The notes: generated from the sequence alone by a model not told the origin. DNA of 64,000 nucleotides from Octopus vulgaris (GCA_951406725.2 OX597814.1:40052001-40116000), one strand, 5' to 3'. Shown: positions 28,860-42,506, counted from the first letter of the stretch. A program made the numbers and translations.

Positions 28860-30670
28860 CATATTTTTATTTTTATTTTATTTAGTTTCAGCTCACAAGC
28901 TGTGGCCATGCTGGGGCACCGCCATTTGGTGTTGCTACATGATTTTACTTCACGAATGCTTTTTAGCAAATGCCATCTGGTGCATGAGAGAGTTCGATGC
29001 AGCTGCCCTCATGTGCATCTCCATCCGTGAAGTTGGTTCATCTGGGACACCTGACAAGAAGAGATCCAGTTTCATTTTAAATACATCTGCATCCACTCCA
29101 TGCAAGTCTCTTAGGTTCTTCGGGAGGATATTGAAGAGCTGTGGGCCTCGGAAGCCCAGGCTATCACAGTATCTTGTCCTACATCTTGATGGCAAATTTG
29201 GAGTCCTTGGCACTATGCAGTGGCGTTCAGTTCTGGCATTTGTGTAACTCTCGATGCCAAAGTTTGGGACAAGTCCTTTAGGATTTTCCAGATGTATATT
29301 ATGGCATATCTTTCTCGCCTACGCTCTAAGGAATAAGGAATAATAATCTCTTGAGTCTTTCCCAACAGCTTATATGCTGCACAGACGCTATCTTCTTCGT
29401 GTAGCTTCGTTGGATCGTCTCAAGTTCTGTGATTAACTTGACACTGGATAGTGACCATAGTTGAAAGCAATAGTCAAAGTGGCTTAGGACAAGTGTCCTC
29501 CAGAGGACCATCATGGTTTCCTGGTCGCTTGTTCTAAAGGTTCTGAGAATCGATCCGGTCAGCCGTCTACATGTCATTGCCAATTTGGCAACATGCACAT
29601 GAAAGGTTGCATCCTCACTCATGTAAATACGCAGGTCTCGCACTGATTGTGCCTCTGGGATTGCAATCCCTCCAGGTCCAGTGTATTTATTGGGAATTGC
29701 ATTTAATTTTGCATGCTGATAGTATAATGCTTGAAACTTTTCAGCATTGAACTGCATTCTTTTCAGCCCAATTGTATATTTTGTCCAGCTCACATTGCAG
29801 GTGCTTAGCGTCTTCAGGGTTCTGTTTTGCCTGTGAAACTTTTTTATCATATGCATAACTTGTGATCGTGGCTCTCTGCGTGGCTGAGGGCATGTCTGAG
29901 AGGGCCATTATGAACAGCAGTCGTCCCAGAACAGTGTCTTGCGGAACACCACTCACTATTTGCGTGTTAGTGGCTACTACCACCTGACTTCTATCCTTCA
30001 GAAAGTCATGAAGCCATTGTCCCAATTTTCCAACTATTCCAAGATCACGCAGTTTGTGACATATCATTCCATGATCGACTTTATCAAAGACCTTTGCAAA
30101 GTCGAGATATATGACTTCCACATTTGAGTGGTTGAACAGTCGTTTCAGCATCCAGACATAGTGTTGTAGGAGCTGAGTTAAGCAGCTTCTTCCTGGTCGG
30201 AAACCATGTTGGGTGTCAGGCAGCAAGTCATTTCCTTCAAGGAAGGAGATCAGTTTCCTTCTGACTATTCGCTCCATGGCCTTGCTGATGTGTGAGGTCA
30301 GAGAGATAGGTCTGTAGTGCTTGGCCTCCGCTCTGCTACCTCCTTTATGAATAGGGCATATTTTACCTTCCTTCAGATTTCTTGGAAGTTTGCCAGCTGC
30401 AAGGAAGCTCTGAAAGAGGAGCTGCAGTGGTCTTGCTAGGACTCTTTTACATACTTTTAGAAGGATTGCTGGGAATTCATCGGGGCCAGTAGCTGAGTTT
30501 GTTTTCATTTCATCAATAGCCATTGTTTTCATTTCATCGTCTTCCTTTATATTGATGTAATCAATCATCGCTGCCTCTGATTTTAGATCTGCAGTGGTAA
30601 AGAAGTCAGTTGGATTGCTGACTTGAAAATGCCATAGGGGTGGAGTGAAAATACTCTTGAATTGCTCATT
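28860..30670 (-). mobile_element. 5'-truncated CR1/Jockey-group LINE, RT and 3' end
   Basis: GPDEFPAILLK..YRPISLTSHISKAMERIV..QHGFRPGRSCLTQLL..IYLDFAKVFDKVDH..SGVPQDTVLG..SYAYD (mutated YADD). C-terminal GPQLFNILP..VPDEP; (TAAAAA)n-like tail; frameshifts. Confidence 0.95.
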
Positions 30671-30700
30671 TATCTATCTCTCTTTGTCATTCATGTAATA

Positions 30701-30757
30701 GAGTAGTACCTCGATTTACGAACGCCTCTGATCATGAATAAATCGTGCTTTATCTTC

Positions 30758-30803
<46 letters not shown>

Positions 30804-31356
30804 ATATATATATATATATGGTGGCTGCCCCCTCATTATCGAGTATGGCCATTGCACAGAACTTAATCAATGTTGTTATCGTGCAATGCCTGTGCAAGAA
30901 GATTTTTTTTAAGTGTGCTCTGAGTCAATCCCACTCACTAAGCAACAGCAGCCATAATCCGAAAAGAAGAACAAGTCAACATCATCGGTAACCACTGAGC
31001 CGCAACTTTTATGTCGTAGTTATCCCAGTTACCTGAGTTACTTTCTCTTAGAAGGATGCCCTTACAAAGACTGGGAGTCCTTCACTCCCAATGGTTTAAC
31101 CACGCGATTGGCTATTCAGTCCGATTATTTCTATGTCCCCACGCACGATATAGCCTTAAGACATTTATTGGATGGCGGTTGATTCTCAAGAGTTACTCAG
31201 CCCTTTGACGGGTTTTGTTTGTCATCCTGCAGGGTGTCCCAAAAACTCCCTCCTCACAAAGCAAGCTTCGTGGGTTTGCCAGTTTAGTCACCGAAGACCT
31301 GATCATGTAATAGGTTGTACTGGGATACATATTACGAGTAGCACTCGAAAGTGACT

Positions 31357-31409
<53 letters not shown>

Positions 31410-31436
31410 AATACATGCATACGTACATACACACAT

Positions 31437-31483
<47 letters not shown>

Positions 31484-31537
31484 TATAAAGCACGGTCTAT
31501 TCGCGATCAGAGTTGTTCACAATACGAGGTATTACTG
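30701..31537. mobile_element. pogo/Tigger-like MITE, copy 2, with microsatellites and a nested retroposon
   Basis: TA|gagtagtacctcgatttacgaacg..aatcgtgcttt (30701-30751) and aaagcacggt..tacgaggtattactg|TA (31487-31537). Same arms as 5981-6128. Confidence 0.7.
30820..31358 (-). mobile_element. Non-autonomous RTE-derived retroposon
   Basis: Minus-strand 3' end ccatactcgataatgagggggcagccacc matches the RTE LINE end ccatactccataacgagggagcacccatc (54206-54234). No credible ORF; flanked by (TA)n. Confidence 0.6.
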
Positions 31538-31642
31538 TACATGTACATATATATGTGTATGAATATAGAGGTAATATATAGATATTTCTACACAGTGATT
31601 TACCTGTAACACATCAAAGAAAATTATGCATCTATCCCTCTG

Positions 31643-31719
<77 letters not shown>

Positions 31720-31720
31720 A

Positions 31721-31763
<43 letters not shown>
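31643..31763. repeat. (TATC)n microsatellite
   Basis: Direct reading. Confidence 0.98.
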
Positions 31764-31859
31764 TTATGTGTACGCACGTGTGTCAGTGTGCTCAAAAGCT
31801 GCCACAACAATACTTTGAAGCAAAAAGAGCGGCGATCCAAGTGTCACACACGACGCGTT

Positions 31860-32435
31860 CTTCCTGGGAATTCTACGAGCAACGACGCAAAGATTTACGT
31901 TCATATCACCAAGATGGTGGCAATGTGCAGGCGAATAGCCTTATGGATTCTGAGAACCTTCACAAGGGACCAACAAACTATGCAGGTTCTATGGAGAGCA
32001 TTCGTCGACAGCTATCTAGACAACTGCTCTCAGTTGCGCTCACCCTACAGTGTCACATTAATAGCAGCACTTGATGCATTTCACCAGTGCTACACCAAGA
32101 ATTTTGCATCAAGGGAACACCTGAGCTACAGGGAGAGACTGTAACCCCTACGATCTACTGCCTGGATTCGAGTAGTAGGTCTAGTGTATTGAAATATATA
32201 TCAGACACCGAACTGGACTTTGCAGTATTGTTCCAAATTTTCCTGCTATCACGTTTAGAGTGAGGGATATATTCTCCAATAGCTTGGGATTCAAGGACCG
32301 TCAATTAGTTAAGACGTTACCACGATGTCTGAGTGATCTTCATGGAATAGTGGTAGAAACATCTGACCTTCTGTTATCCAAGGTCCCAGATGAAAGTATA
32401 TTAAGTCAGGAAACTCGATATGAGGCAGCAGTGTA
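31860..32435 (+). mobile_element. Older CR1/Jockey-group LINE 3' fragment, same family as 28860-30670
   Basis: DAKIYVHITKMVAMCRRIALWILRTF..VLWRAFV..YRERL..SLGFK..LSDLHG..VPDE aligns to the C-terminal ORFs of the minus-strand copy. Confidence 0.85.
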
Positions 32436-32727
32436 ATTTGTAGACTTTATGGCATACACAGTTTTGACAGGTGTGAACAGATATGTAGGCGAAGTAGTTG
32501 GTAGAGATTCATTCTTAAACAACACACACCACGGACGCACACACACATACAACTCTTAAACGAGATTTGAGACCAACATAAGAAAGGCATGGTCTGCCAC
32601 ATATCGTATCCCAAATTATGCACACAAAAACGTTTGCACAGTGTTATGTGCTTTGTACATGTAACTATCTTTCTCCCTCACTTTCTTCTTATATATACGT
32701 GTGTGTGCATATGTATGTACATATATA

Positions 32728-32818
32728 TTTCTTTACTACCCACAAGGGGCTAAACACAGAGTGGACAATCAAGGACAGACAAACGGATTCAGTCGATTAT
32801 ATCGACCCCAGTGCGTAA
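32728..32818 (-). mobile_element. SINE family B, 3' fragment
   Basis: Matches the tail at 16561 and 44856. Confidence 0.8.
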
Positions 32819-32909
32819 CAGAACTCCTCATAACAAACCCCTCATCCCCTCCTCCACCTTTTCTTCTCCATCATCATCACCATCGTCGGCGTCATCATCA
32901 TCATCATCA

Positions 32910-33060
<151 letters not shown>

Positions 33061-33968
33061 AGATCACGTTGTTCTGTTATTCATTTTCTGTAAGACTGTC
33101 ATGTTCCTATGACAAATTTTCTTACGTCCTTCATACATACAAATCGCGCAGTTTCAATTTCTAGTGTGCTTTGACTATAAGGGAGAACGGTTCTCTCGTT
33201 AATTTGGGATTCACGGTTGCTGTTAGTTCAGATCAGCCTGAGTCAATCATAGATCAACCAACGACGTTCATGCTGAGAACATCTCTTTTATTTAATGTAT
33301 ATGTCTATTTGAAATGTGTAAATGGCTACCCTGTTTTAAAGCCTTGATGTTTGATCATGGAGACTTAGTTGGTATTCTTAACGTTTAGGTCGATAGCATG
33401 ATGTCTCCATTGTTGGCTCATTGGTCAGCAGGGATAAGCGTTTTAATTAAGAGAAATGCTTTAATTTAAACAAAACCATACTTGGTCGAATCAAATTTCT
33501 CAGTAAACCCGAAACGTAATTATATAATGAGAATCTGTGAGAAAAATGTTTGATATTTTTAATTGCTTGGAATTGTAACCCATCTGCAGAAATAACATGT
33601 TATAATTCGTTGCACAAAAATTAGTGTATAGATGGAATATAATATTGTGAAAAGCTATGTATTACGATCGTAGCTCAAAAACAATAAGTTATCACTTAAT
33701 ATGAATAATCAATAATGTAACAAACGTAAATTTTATTAACTTTTAGATTGATAACAGATACACCAACATACTATTTTATGTCAGCTCTTTAAATATAAAC
33801 CTTCGAGCCATGGTAGATATTGATTTTTACTACCACATCAATCAGCATTCGAAGAAGTCGAGTTTGAGCCAGGGAATTCATATGGCAAATAAAGAATAAA
33901 TATAGACGTATTAATCATTGCACAGAAGTAAAATTCGACGCATCTTTCAGCCATTTCAAGAAGCACTA

Positions 33969-36235
33969 TTAACCCTTTCCACCCTTTGAGCCCATCCTGA
34001 CATGGCCTCCACCCAGATTTCCCATTGAAAATTTGCAAAAAAATTCATTTAAGGTTTATTTTTATTCATGTGCTAGGTTTTTCCTGTTATTTATGATAAA
34101 TAAAGAAATAAAATACCTATTTAATGTTGTTTATTTTATTTACTCATTCTACCTCAAAAACTGAACTTTAGCGTGCCAGTCACGCCAGCAATTTTACTGT
34201 TGTACCCTGAAGTACAAGAAAGCTTTAAAACAATTGCACCAGTAAACTGATTTTGAATTTTGGGGAAGTCCCTTCTATGTAGCACTTGATTATGTTGTCT
34301 AACCCTGTCGTGTTTTTCTAGGCACACTACACACCTATTGTTCAATGTTGCATGGAGACCTTTTTCCACCGCGTGTGATCTGTAATATTGTAGGCATTTG
34401 TTTGTGTTCGGACGTATTTTAACCGATAATAGATAGCGATAATTGCCTACAAGTTCATGGCAGAGTTTTTGATAAACGCATGGAACGTAAACACTCTTTG
34501 CACTGTGGATTATGCGGCTTATAATGTCCCATGATAACGTATGTATTATACGCGGCCAACATGAAAAAAAGTTCTTACTTAGACTACGTGACTATTTGAA
34601 ATGACATCTACTCCGATGTAGTTTGGCAAGTTGTTCATTTTTATCGGTGCCATCCATATATGCATTGTAACTTTGGATAGGTTTTGGGCAAACCACAGGA
34701 AGTTTTCTGTGCTTTTTACTACCTCACCTTTGTACTTGAAGGGTGCATTATAAATGTAGATGTTAGAAAATAAATGGAATTTTTGCGCGCCAAGAAAATT
34801 ACTGCTACAATTTCATTGAATAACAGTTCAAATTTACCCTGGCAGATTTGATTTTTGTGATTTGATGAGGTTTGTTAGATAATGTCCACGATTTGTAAGT
34901 GCAGTGCCTACTAAGCAGATTCCTCTGTTTTCCCTTAAAAACTCGCACAAATATACGTTAGTGTAGAATCTGTCAGTGAACACGAAACTGTCCAACAAAC
35001 GAACAACAAGTTTTCCAGTCACACCAAAGCTTTCAAATGTTTCGGCATCCCCTCTACGACCTGTATATACTTCTACCTTTGAAATATATCCATTCTCACT
35101 ATTACAAATAAGGAAGGTTTTGATACTCCACTTTATCGGTTTTTCTTTCATATGCTGTTTTATAGATAGGGGTATTTTGTCGGAGTCATTCCTTCGTCAT
35201 GTGACAAATTGCTTCACTGTGTGTAATGCAACATCCAGTTTCGAACAAGTGATTGAACACGGGCATGAATTTGTAAATCTTGTCAGATTTGCCTAGTTAA
35301 GTTAAACTATGTAACAATAAACCATATTGCTAAAAATTTATCTCCTGTGCAAATCCAGGTGTAAAATCAAGAATGTTCCTTATCTCGTCTATATTGCTCA
35401 TAGTGATCCTTGTGAATAAGCTTTTCCATCGCTACTCCACTGCAAAATATTGCTTTTATCTCTAATATTGTCATGGCCTTAGAGCTAAAGGATTTTGCAT
35501 AATAATTTGAAGCTTTTGCTTCTCTGATATGTCAACTTGGCTATTAGTTTCATCGACAAAGAGCTCCCAGAGACCATCATCCTACAATAAATTGAAAAAG
35601 TCAACAGGGATGCTCACATTATTAATTGAATCCGGAATAGATTTTTGCCGGGTGTCTTTAGGATTGAATTGTCTTTCAGTGAAGACTCTAGTGTCACTTG
35701 TCCACTGAGTCTTATCAGACAGTGACTGAGAAACCCGTCGCACAACTTGACCAGCACATCTACCGTGACCCCGGCCCCTAACAGGTAGTAAAACATCACC
35801 ACCCGGGTCGTGATTATCAACAGAGTCACTATTATTTTCATTTTCACCTACATTTACACTTGTCTTATTATCATTTGTAATGTTGACATCATCTTCACTC
35901 TCTTCGCTTTCAAAATCACTATTACTTTCATAATCAGACTCTCCATTCTCATCATCAGGATCCGACATTATCATTCGTAATGGCTGTTCGATTGTCACTT
36001 TCTTACACTTCCTGTTTATAGCATAAATAAATAAATAGTTAGATAAAAAAAATACTAAAAGAATCTGCAATTCAGGTGTAAAAAATTCCCACTGCTTCTC
36101 CCGAAAGTTCGGCCGTGAATTGAAGCTTAAACAGCTATGTAAAACGGTACTTTGTTGGTTAAATAGTGAACTAGCGGGTATGTATATACTATATACTCAG
36201 GCCAGAAAACCGGCCTGGCGTGTTCCAAGTGTTAA
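33969..36235 (-). mobile_element. Decayed piggyBac (PGBD4-like) transposon
   Basis: Acidic N-terminus ..PVDFFNLL; KPIKWSIKTF..NGYI..EVYTG..VFTDRFYT..VGT..NR; IQSYNAYM..DKNEQL; Cys-rich end RCVVC..VYWC..CWRDWH. TTAA at 33969-33972 and 36232-36235. TIR similarity is weak, so the ends are tentative. Confidence 0.9.
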
Positions 36236-37617
36236 AACAATATTTTCACATCTTAGCATTTTTAAGTTTGCCTATTGTAAACAGTCTTTATCTCACGATT
36301 ATAAGCATAAACAATATATAAAATATATAAAGATATATAACTTGTACATATTGGAAAGGTGCTTTGAAATATATTTACAAGGTAACAAGTAAATACTGAA
36401 TTCTTTAAAACCTTCATACCATCGCATGAGCAGATTATATGAATAAATGATAAATCAATATTAGAATGAAAACAAAAAATAAAAAAAAGATAACGTTGTA
36501 GATATATTGCAGAAAATAAACGCAGCATTGAAATAAAGCAATATATGCATATCAAATATTACATATGATGCATATTATGCTAATAATACTCTTTATGCTG
36601 ATGCCCAAGAATGATAAGTATATGGGGGAGTAAGATATAAACGAATGGGCGAAAGAAAATAGTATTTCTAAATACTGTGAAGATTTTGTTGGAGATAGTG
36701 ATATTTCTGGTAACTAATATGATCATTCTTATCTACTAAATTCTCCTTAATAGGATCTCGATCATAAATTTCAGCATTAATAACGCACCTGATTTTGGAG
36801 AGTGTCACGAATAAATGTGGTGATTAACAAAAACTGATAATGAAAGTTACGGAATATATCAAAGGTGATAAATACAAGGGCATTTTGAAATTTCACAGGT
36901 GTTACGAAATTAAATTTAGTAGTAATTACCTTAAGAACACAAAATAAAAAATTTAATAAATTAATCGAATATAATTTTCAACACATATGACAGCAAATAG
37001 ATAAGCATATACACGCACATATGCGTATCTTGAAATGTATGTATGTATGTATATGAATATGCATGCTTCGTTATATGCGTATGAATGAAACAAACCTGTG
37101 AGTCAGATCATAGGCCAAGTACAGACTAATACAAACGAGAGAGTCAGTTCATAGACTAGTATAAAATAGTAGAGAGAGATGCACCAATATATTTGATTTA
37201 GTTCACAGACTATTTAAGCCCTGTTAAACCTACTTCAGTGAAGATAAAGCCCAGATAATGGAATTTAGGTTAGGTTGGATGTGTAGATCCTCACGTATAT
37301 ATTTTATAATGCATGTCAATATCGTAATTCATCCATTAGTCGGGAGGGAAGGCTGTTCGTATCAGTCGTATCCTCAACTCAAATCCGGCCCCGAAAGTTG
37401 GCAATTGAATGGATCCCGCTAAATTTGCCAGTTGATTGTGCAGAACCAATTAAGTCTACAAATGATTTGGACATGTTTGCATTTGAACTCGCCAAAAATT
37501 GTGAAGTAATTAATATCGCAGCACACCAGGTCCGAATTTTTGTAAGTGATTGTTGAAGCCAAGCGAATGAAAACATAAAGGACAAATTTAAACACAGCAT
37601 ACACAGACAGAAACACA

Positions 37618-37659
<42 letters not shown>

Positions 37660-37784
37660 TATATATATAAAACTACAACATTGGAACTGTTCAACCCTTA
37701 ATTGTAGCAACATGGGCGTTTCCTAACACCATATTCACTTTTATTGACAATTATGGTTTTCCTTTTTGCCGATATGTCGAAAAA

Positions 37785-38160
37785 TGCTGTGGTAAGTAGC
37801 ATATTTACCAACCACATGGTCCTAGGTTAAGTACCACTGCGTGGTTCCTTCGGTAAGTGTATTCTACTATATACTCGGGTCCACCAAAACCTTGTGAGTG
37901 TATTTTGTAGACGAAACTGAAAGAAACCCATCATATATATCTATACATAAAATGTGTGTGAATGTGTGTGTTTGTGTATCTGTGTTAGTACCACACCATC
38001 TCAGGACAACCGATGTTGGTGTGTTTACGTCACCGTAACTTAGCGTCAAAGTGCCCGGTAGAATAAGTACTAGGCTTACAAAGACTAAGTCCAGGGATCG
38101 ATTTCTTCGACTGCAGGTGGTGCTCCAGCATGACCGCAGTCAAATGACTGGAACAAATAA
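37785..38160 (+). mobile_element. tRNA-derived SINE family A
   Basis: Reverse complement of 42506-42881; ends ggtgctccagcatgaccgcagtcaaatgactggaac. Confidence 0.85.
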
Positions 38161-38518
38161 CATATATATAGAGAGAGAAACAGAGAGAGAAAGAGAGACA
38201 GGCAAACAGACAGAGCTACATATATATATACATACATATGTATATATATATGCATACATATGTGTAAATATACATATATATACACACACATATATACGTA
38301 TATGCATATATATATGTGTGTTTGTGTATGTGTGTGTATTACAAACAATAAAATTGATAGAGAACAATTGAGAATCTAATAATTTATTTTAATTATAAGA
38401 TAATATACGAGTAAATATAATATATTATTTGTATTGGTTATAATTATCATAAATCTGTTTTGTTTACGGAGTCCTCCCTTCGATAAATTACGCAAATAAG
38501 GACCATAATTTGCTAGTG

Positions 38519-38814
38519 TGCTGGAACAAAAACAATTGCAGCGTGGAAGGTGTTTTTTTATAAGTCATTTAAAAACACACAAAAACCGATAGATTCGGCT
38601 CAACATTTAAATTTTATTTGCCAAAATATCTTTGTCGTTTTGAGCCCGCGACCGATTCAATGACAAAATTATGTGCTGCACAGAATTTTGTCAGTGAACA
38701 AGTCGCGGTTTCAAAGAGACGAAAATATTTTGGCAAATTAAATTTAAATGTTGAAGCGAATCTATCGTTTTTTTCTGCTTCTAAATGGCTTATAAACACC
38801 TTCCACGTTGCAAT
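38519..38814. mobile_element. About 280-bp palindromic element with hammerhead-like arms, copy 2 (inverted relative to copy 1)
   Basis: Same arms as 10811-11100. The tgctggaacaaaaac tail is now on the left and a TA-rich junction is on the right. Confidence 0.85.
38687..38737 (+). ncRNA. Hammerhead-like motif with variant core GUGAACA
   Basis: UUUGUCA-GUGAACA-A-GUCGC[gguuucaaa]GAGAC-GAA-AAUAUU-U-UGGCAAA: 7-bp stem I, stem II, GAAA, palindromic stem III and NUH triplet UUU. Confidence 0.55.
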
Positions 38815-38974
38815 ATATAATGCGAGAAGTTATTATATACTACCATTATATATAATATATATATCCATATATTTTCTGTCAGTAACCTTAAATATGTGAA
38901 AAACAGTTTACGTTATATTATATTTTATATTAAATTATATTATAATGTAAATAAAGTTTTAGATTGTCAATTGT

Positions 38975-39289
38975 ATTACTCTATTTCATTTAAGCCAAGT
39001 AACTATTCTATCAGGCCCTTTTACCGAACCGCTGTGTTTCCAGTACGTAAACACACTAGCATCCGTTGTGAAGACAAACACAGAAACACGAACACATAAA
39101 TACATATATATATATTTACATACGGCAGCGGAATTCTTTTAGCTTCCATCTACCAAATCCACTGACAGTGCTTTGGTCGGCCCGAGACTAGAGCACATGA
39201 CACTTGGTGAAATTGCTACCCAGTGGGACTAGATCCGGAAACATGCGGTTGGTGAGTACGCTACCTTCAACACATCCACTCCTGCGTTG

Positions 39290-39290
<1 letters not shown>
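38975..39290 (-). mobile_element. tRNA-derived SINE family A (old copy)
   Basis: ccgaaccgct..ctaccaaatccact..ttggtcggcccg..cagtgggact match family A. Confidence 0.75.
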
Positions 39291-39342
<52 letters not shown>

Positions 39343-39926
39343 GGTATGTAGAAAAATACAACATGGACAAGAACGTATAACTCTTAGAAGACGATACAAT
39401 AAACACGGACAGGACATTCGAAACCCTCAGTCTTCAGTCAAGAACCGGATCATCGTAGTAATATATATATATCATATAATTAAGGGCTAAAGAGGGTTAT
39501 TCTAAAGCCAATACACTGATTTATCCACTTATAATCCGCTTGCTACAGGAGAATTGAAACTGAAAACGGGCAACTAACCTTTACAAAATTTATATTTCTT
39601 TATCTCTATATTGAATCAATTTCGGAATTAATCTTATAAAAGATATATTCTTTCTTCAGTAGAGCTTTCGATGGGATATAAATAAAATATGATCACGTAT
39701 GTTCATGGAAAAAGCACAAGCTAAAAACATAACTACACTTGAGTACATCACTTATATCTAAAAATAAAAATTCTTTGGTCAGCCTCAGAAACAACGTCTT
39801 GACCTTTCGCCGCTACAAATTGTAATGGTTACCGGTTCAACCGTAACGGTTTTTTTAAATATACTGCCCACGCTTCCTGATGGATTCCTTTTCTCTAGAG
39901 AAAGGGACTTCATCCTATATTGTTAG

Positions 39927-39966
<40 letters not shown>

Positions 39967-40548
39967 CATATATATATATATAAGGTCCTTCTTTAACTCC
40001 TAAATTTCTCCTCATTTATCTCCCCTTTACCTTTTTCTATGTCACTTGGATTTGTTTTCTCTTTCCCGTTTTTCTCCAACTCCTTCAATCTCACTACTCC
40101 CTACCCTCTCTCCTCCTTCGGCCAGCCATGAACTTTCTTGGCATAACTATCGAGCAAAGACATCTGTTGTCTTCCATCTCCTATTCCTCACTAAGGCTTT
40201 CATTTTATACACGCCAGCTAACCTAATTCATCTTTCGTCGAAAGACACCTGTTATATTCTTGTTGTTTGCATTTGTAATTGTGTAGCTTGTTATCCGTTT
40301 TTTTTTCTTTATTGCCGTACACATTCGCTTGCTTTCTTACAAAAAATGTTAATGCTCTTAGCTTGGAATTTTTTTTCAATGGAGATCAGATTGAACAATC
40401 TCAAGTTATCTTCTTGATTCTGTGATGGGGACTGGCAGCTTGAGTGACGAAAGTAGACCACGATTGAGCCATGCCTTTTTTCCTGTCCCTGTAATTGTTG
40501 TTTTTCCTGTACACCTTTGTATCATCAACCTTTCCAGATGTTTTAGTA

Positions 40549-40587
<39 letters not shown>

Positions 40588-40774
40588 TGAAATTTATAGA
40601 AAAATGAAAGACGAACACAGGTGTATGAACAACAAACAAGTGCATTACTTTGACACTCATGGAAATGAAGAAGTATTTATGTCTCGAGCCTACGCTCTTC
40701 AACAGAAAATAATAAGAAAACAATAAACGGAAAGAGAATGAAAAAACATATATAGATTTCGGTTGTCCAGCGTA

Positions 40775-42022
40775 ATCAGGTCGTTAAGAATGAAAAGTCT
40801 AATTTGTTTGTGCATCAACTTTGACAATCATCAACTCTAATGTTTTATACTGACAATCCTTTGTTTTACAAAATTGAAGAACTACACCATCACTTTCGGA
40901 ATATAATTCATACTGTCTGATTATAATGTAATTTTTTTTCTTTTAAGTCAATTGTTGTGAACACATGGTTAGATCAAAAATTCGTGTTGTTTATGAATAT
41001 GAGTTCCATCGTGGAATCAATGTATCCCAGACACCTCGAAGCATCAATGAGCTGTTTTGTGATGATGTGGCAAATGAGCGTTCTGTACGTCGAGTATTTG
41101 AAAAGTTCTGGTGTGGTGAATTTACTCTTGAAAATTTGACGAAGATGGATAATGACGAGCTGGAAACTAGTGGAAACCGATACATCTCAAACTACGCGTG
41201 AGTTAGTAGCAAGGTTTGGTGTTCCGATTCCTAATATATTGGACCATCTGAAAGAAATCAGCAATATAAGGGGGCTGGACACGTGGGTACCACACGAACT
41301 GAACGAGCATTAAATGATACATCACCTTGAAACTTGCTGTTCTTCGCTGTCACGTCATACAACAGGCAATTTGTGCATCGTGTGATGGAAAATGGATTCT
41401 TTTCAACAATAGGAAGCGTTCTGCGTGGTGACTGGATTGAGACGAAGTGCCAAAAGACAATCCAAAAGGGATATTCACTAAAAGAAAAAAAGCTAATGGT
41501 GTATGATTGGTGATCAAGCGCTGGTGTCCTCCATTACCACGTCATGACACCTGGTTAGTCAATTAAAATGGATGTATACAACTAACTGAATGAAATGACG
41601 AGTAAACCTGCAATTAAAACAACCGATAATGACAAAAGAGACAGGCCAATTACCTGTCAAGCTAATGCTCGACTACACGTTGCAAGAAGAACTCAACTCA
41701 ATTTACAGGAAGTGAACTTCGAAGTACGCTGTCTTCCACCATATTCACCAGACCTTGCACTAACTGGCAAACACCTTTTCCCAGGCATTAAACCACATTT
41801 TGCACATCAAATCTAAAGAAGATGCAAAAATAGCCTTTAATGATGTCATTACCTCATGCTCTCCAGAATTATTTGCTGCCGGCATAAATGACCTACAGAC
41901 AAATTGGCAAAATTGGGTTAATAGTTTAGATGCATACATTGCATAACTGCATTGCATTTTGTTGAGATAAAGTAAAACAAACTTTCAGTTCAAAATCGGA
42001 CATGTCATTATTAATGACGTGA
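40775..42022 (+). mobile_element. Full-length but decayed mariner transposon (~1.25 kb)
   Basis: HTH IRVVYEYEFHRG..FEKFWCGEFTLE, WVPHEL at ~41284 and PPYSPDLA at ~41735. Degenerate TIRs atcaggtcgttaagaatga / tcattattaatgacgtgat. Many stops. Confidence 0.92.
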
Positions 42023-42470
42023 TATATATATATACATATATATATATATATGCATGCGAGTGTGTATGAATGCGTGTGCCCATATGTCTGTGCATTTGTT
42101 TGTGCGTGCGTGTGTGTGTATATGTATGAATATATGTGTGTATGTGTGTGTGTGTACGTGTGAACGCCATTGGTGTAGCCGTTACGGGTATTGAACCACG
42201 ATGTAGAAAATGAAGTTCCGATTATCTGATATGCTGTGCGGTGTGTTCTTTGAAAAAGCAATACATTTCACACTCCAGTCTATTCAGCTCTGAATCAGTA
42301 ACCCTGCGATAGACTATCCTTTAAGTGAGGGGGAATCTTGGCCTCATCGCCTAGCCAGCAGAGTTGCGTCCTTCAAAGCCTTAACCGATATTAATCTCAC
42401 CATGACAAGCGATGTATAATCAAATGTGAAAACGTGATAGTCTGGTGGTTCACATGCTCACCTGATATAC

Positions 42471-42505
<35 letters not shown>

Positions 42506-42506
<1 letters not shown>

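Noticed and set aside
37310-37555. About 80-codon open plus-strand frame with a gtaagt near its end
   Set aside because: No convincing acceptor or homology.
39405-39450. CUGAAGA..CGAAU on the minus strand in a (TA)n-flanked island
   Set aside because: No GAAA and no consistent stems.
40672-40710. Hammerhead-like layout on the minus strand (CUGUUGA-A-GAGC guag GCUC-GAGAC)
   Set aside because: Both core boxes are mutated. Probably a dead PLE terminal repeat, not called as a ribozyme.
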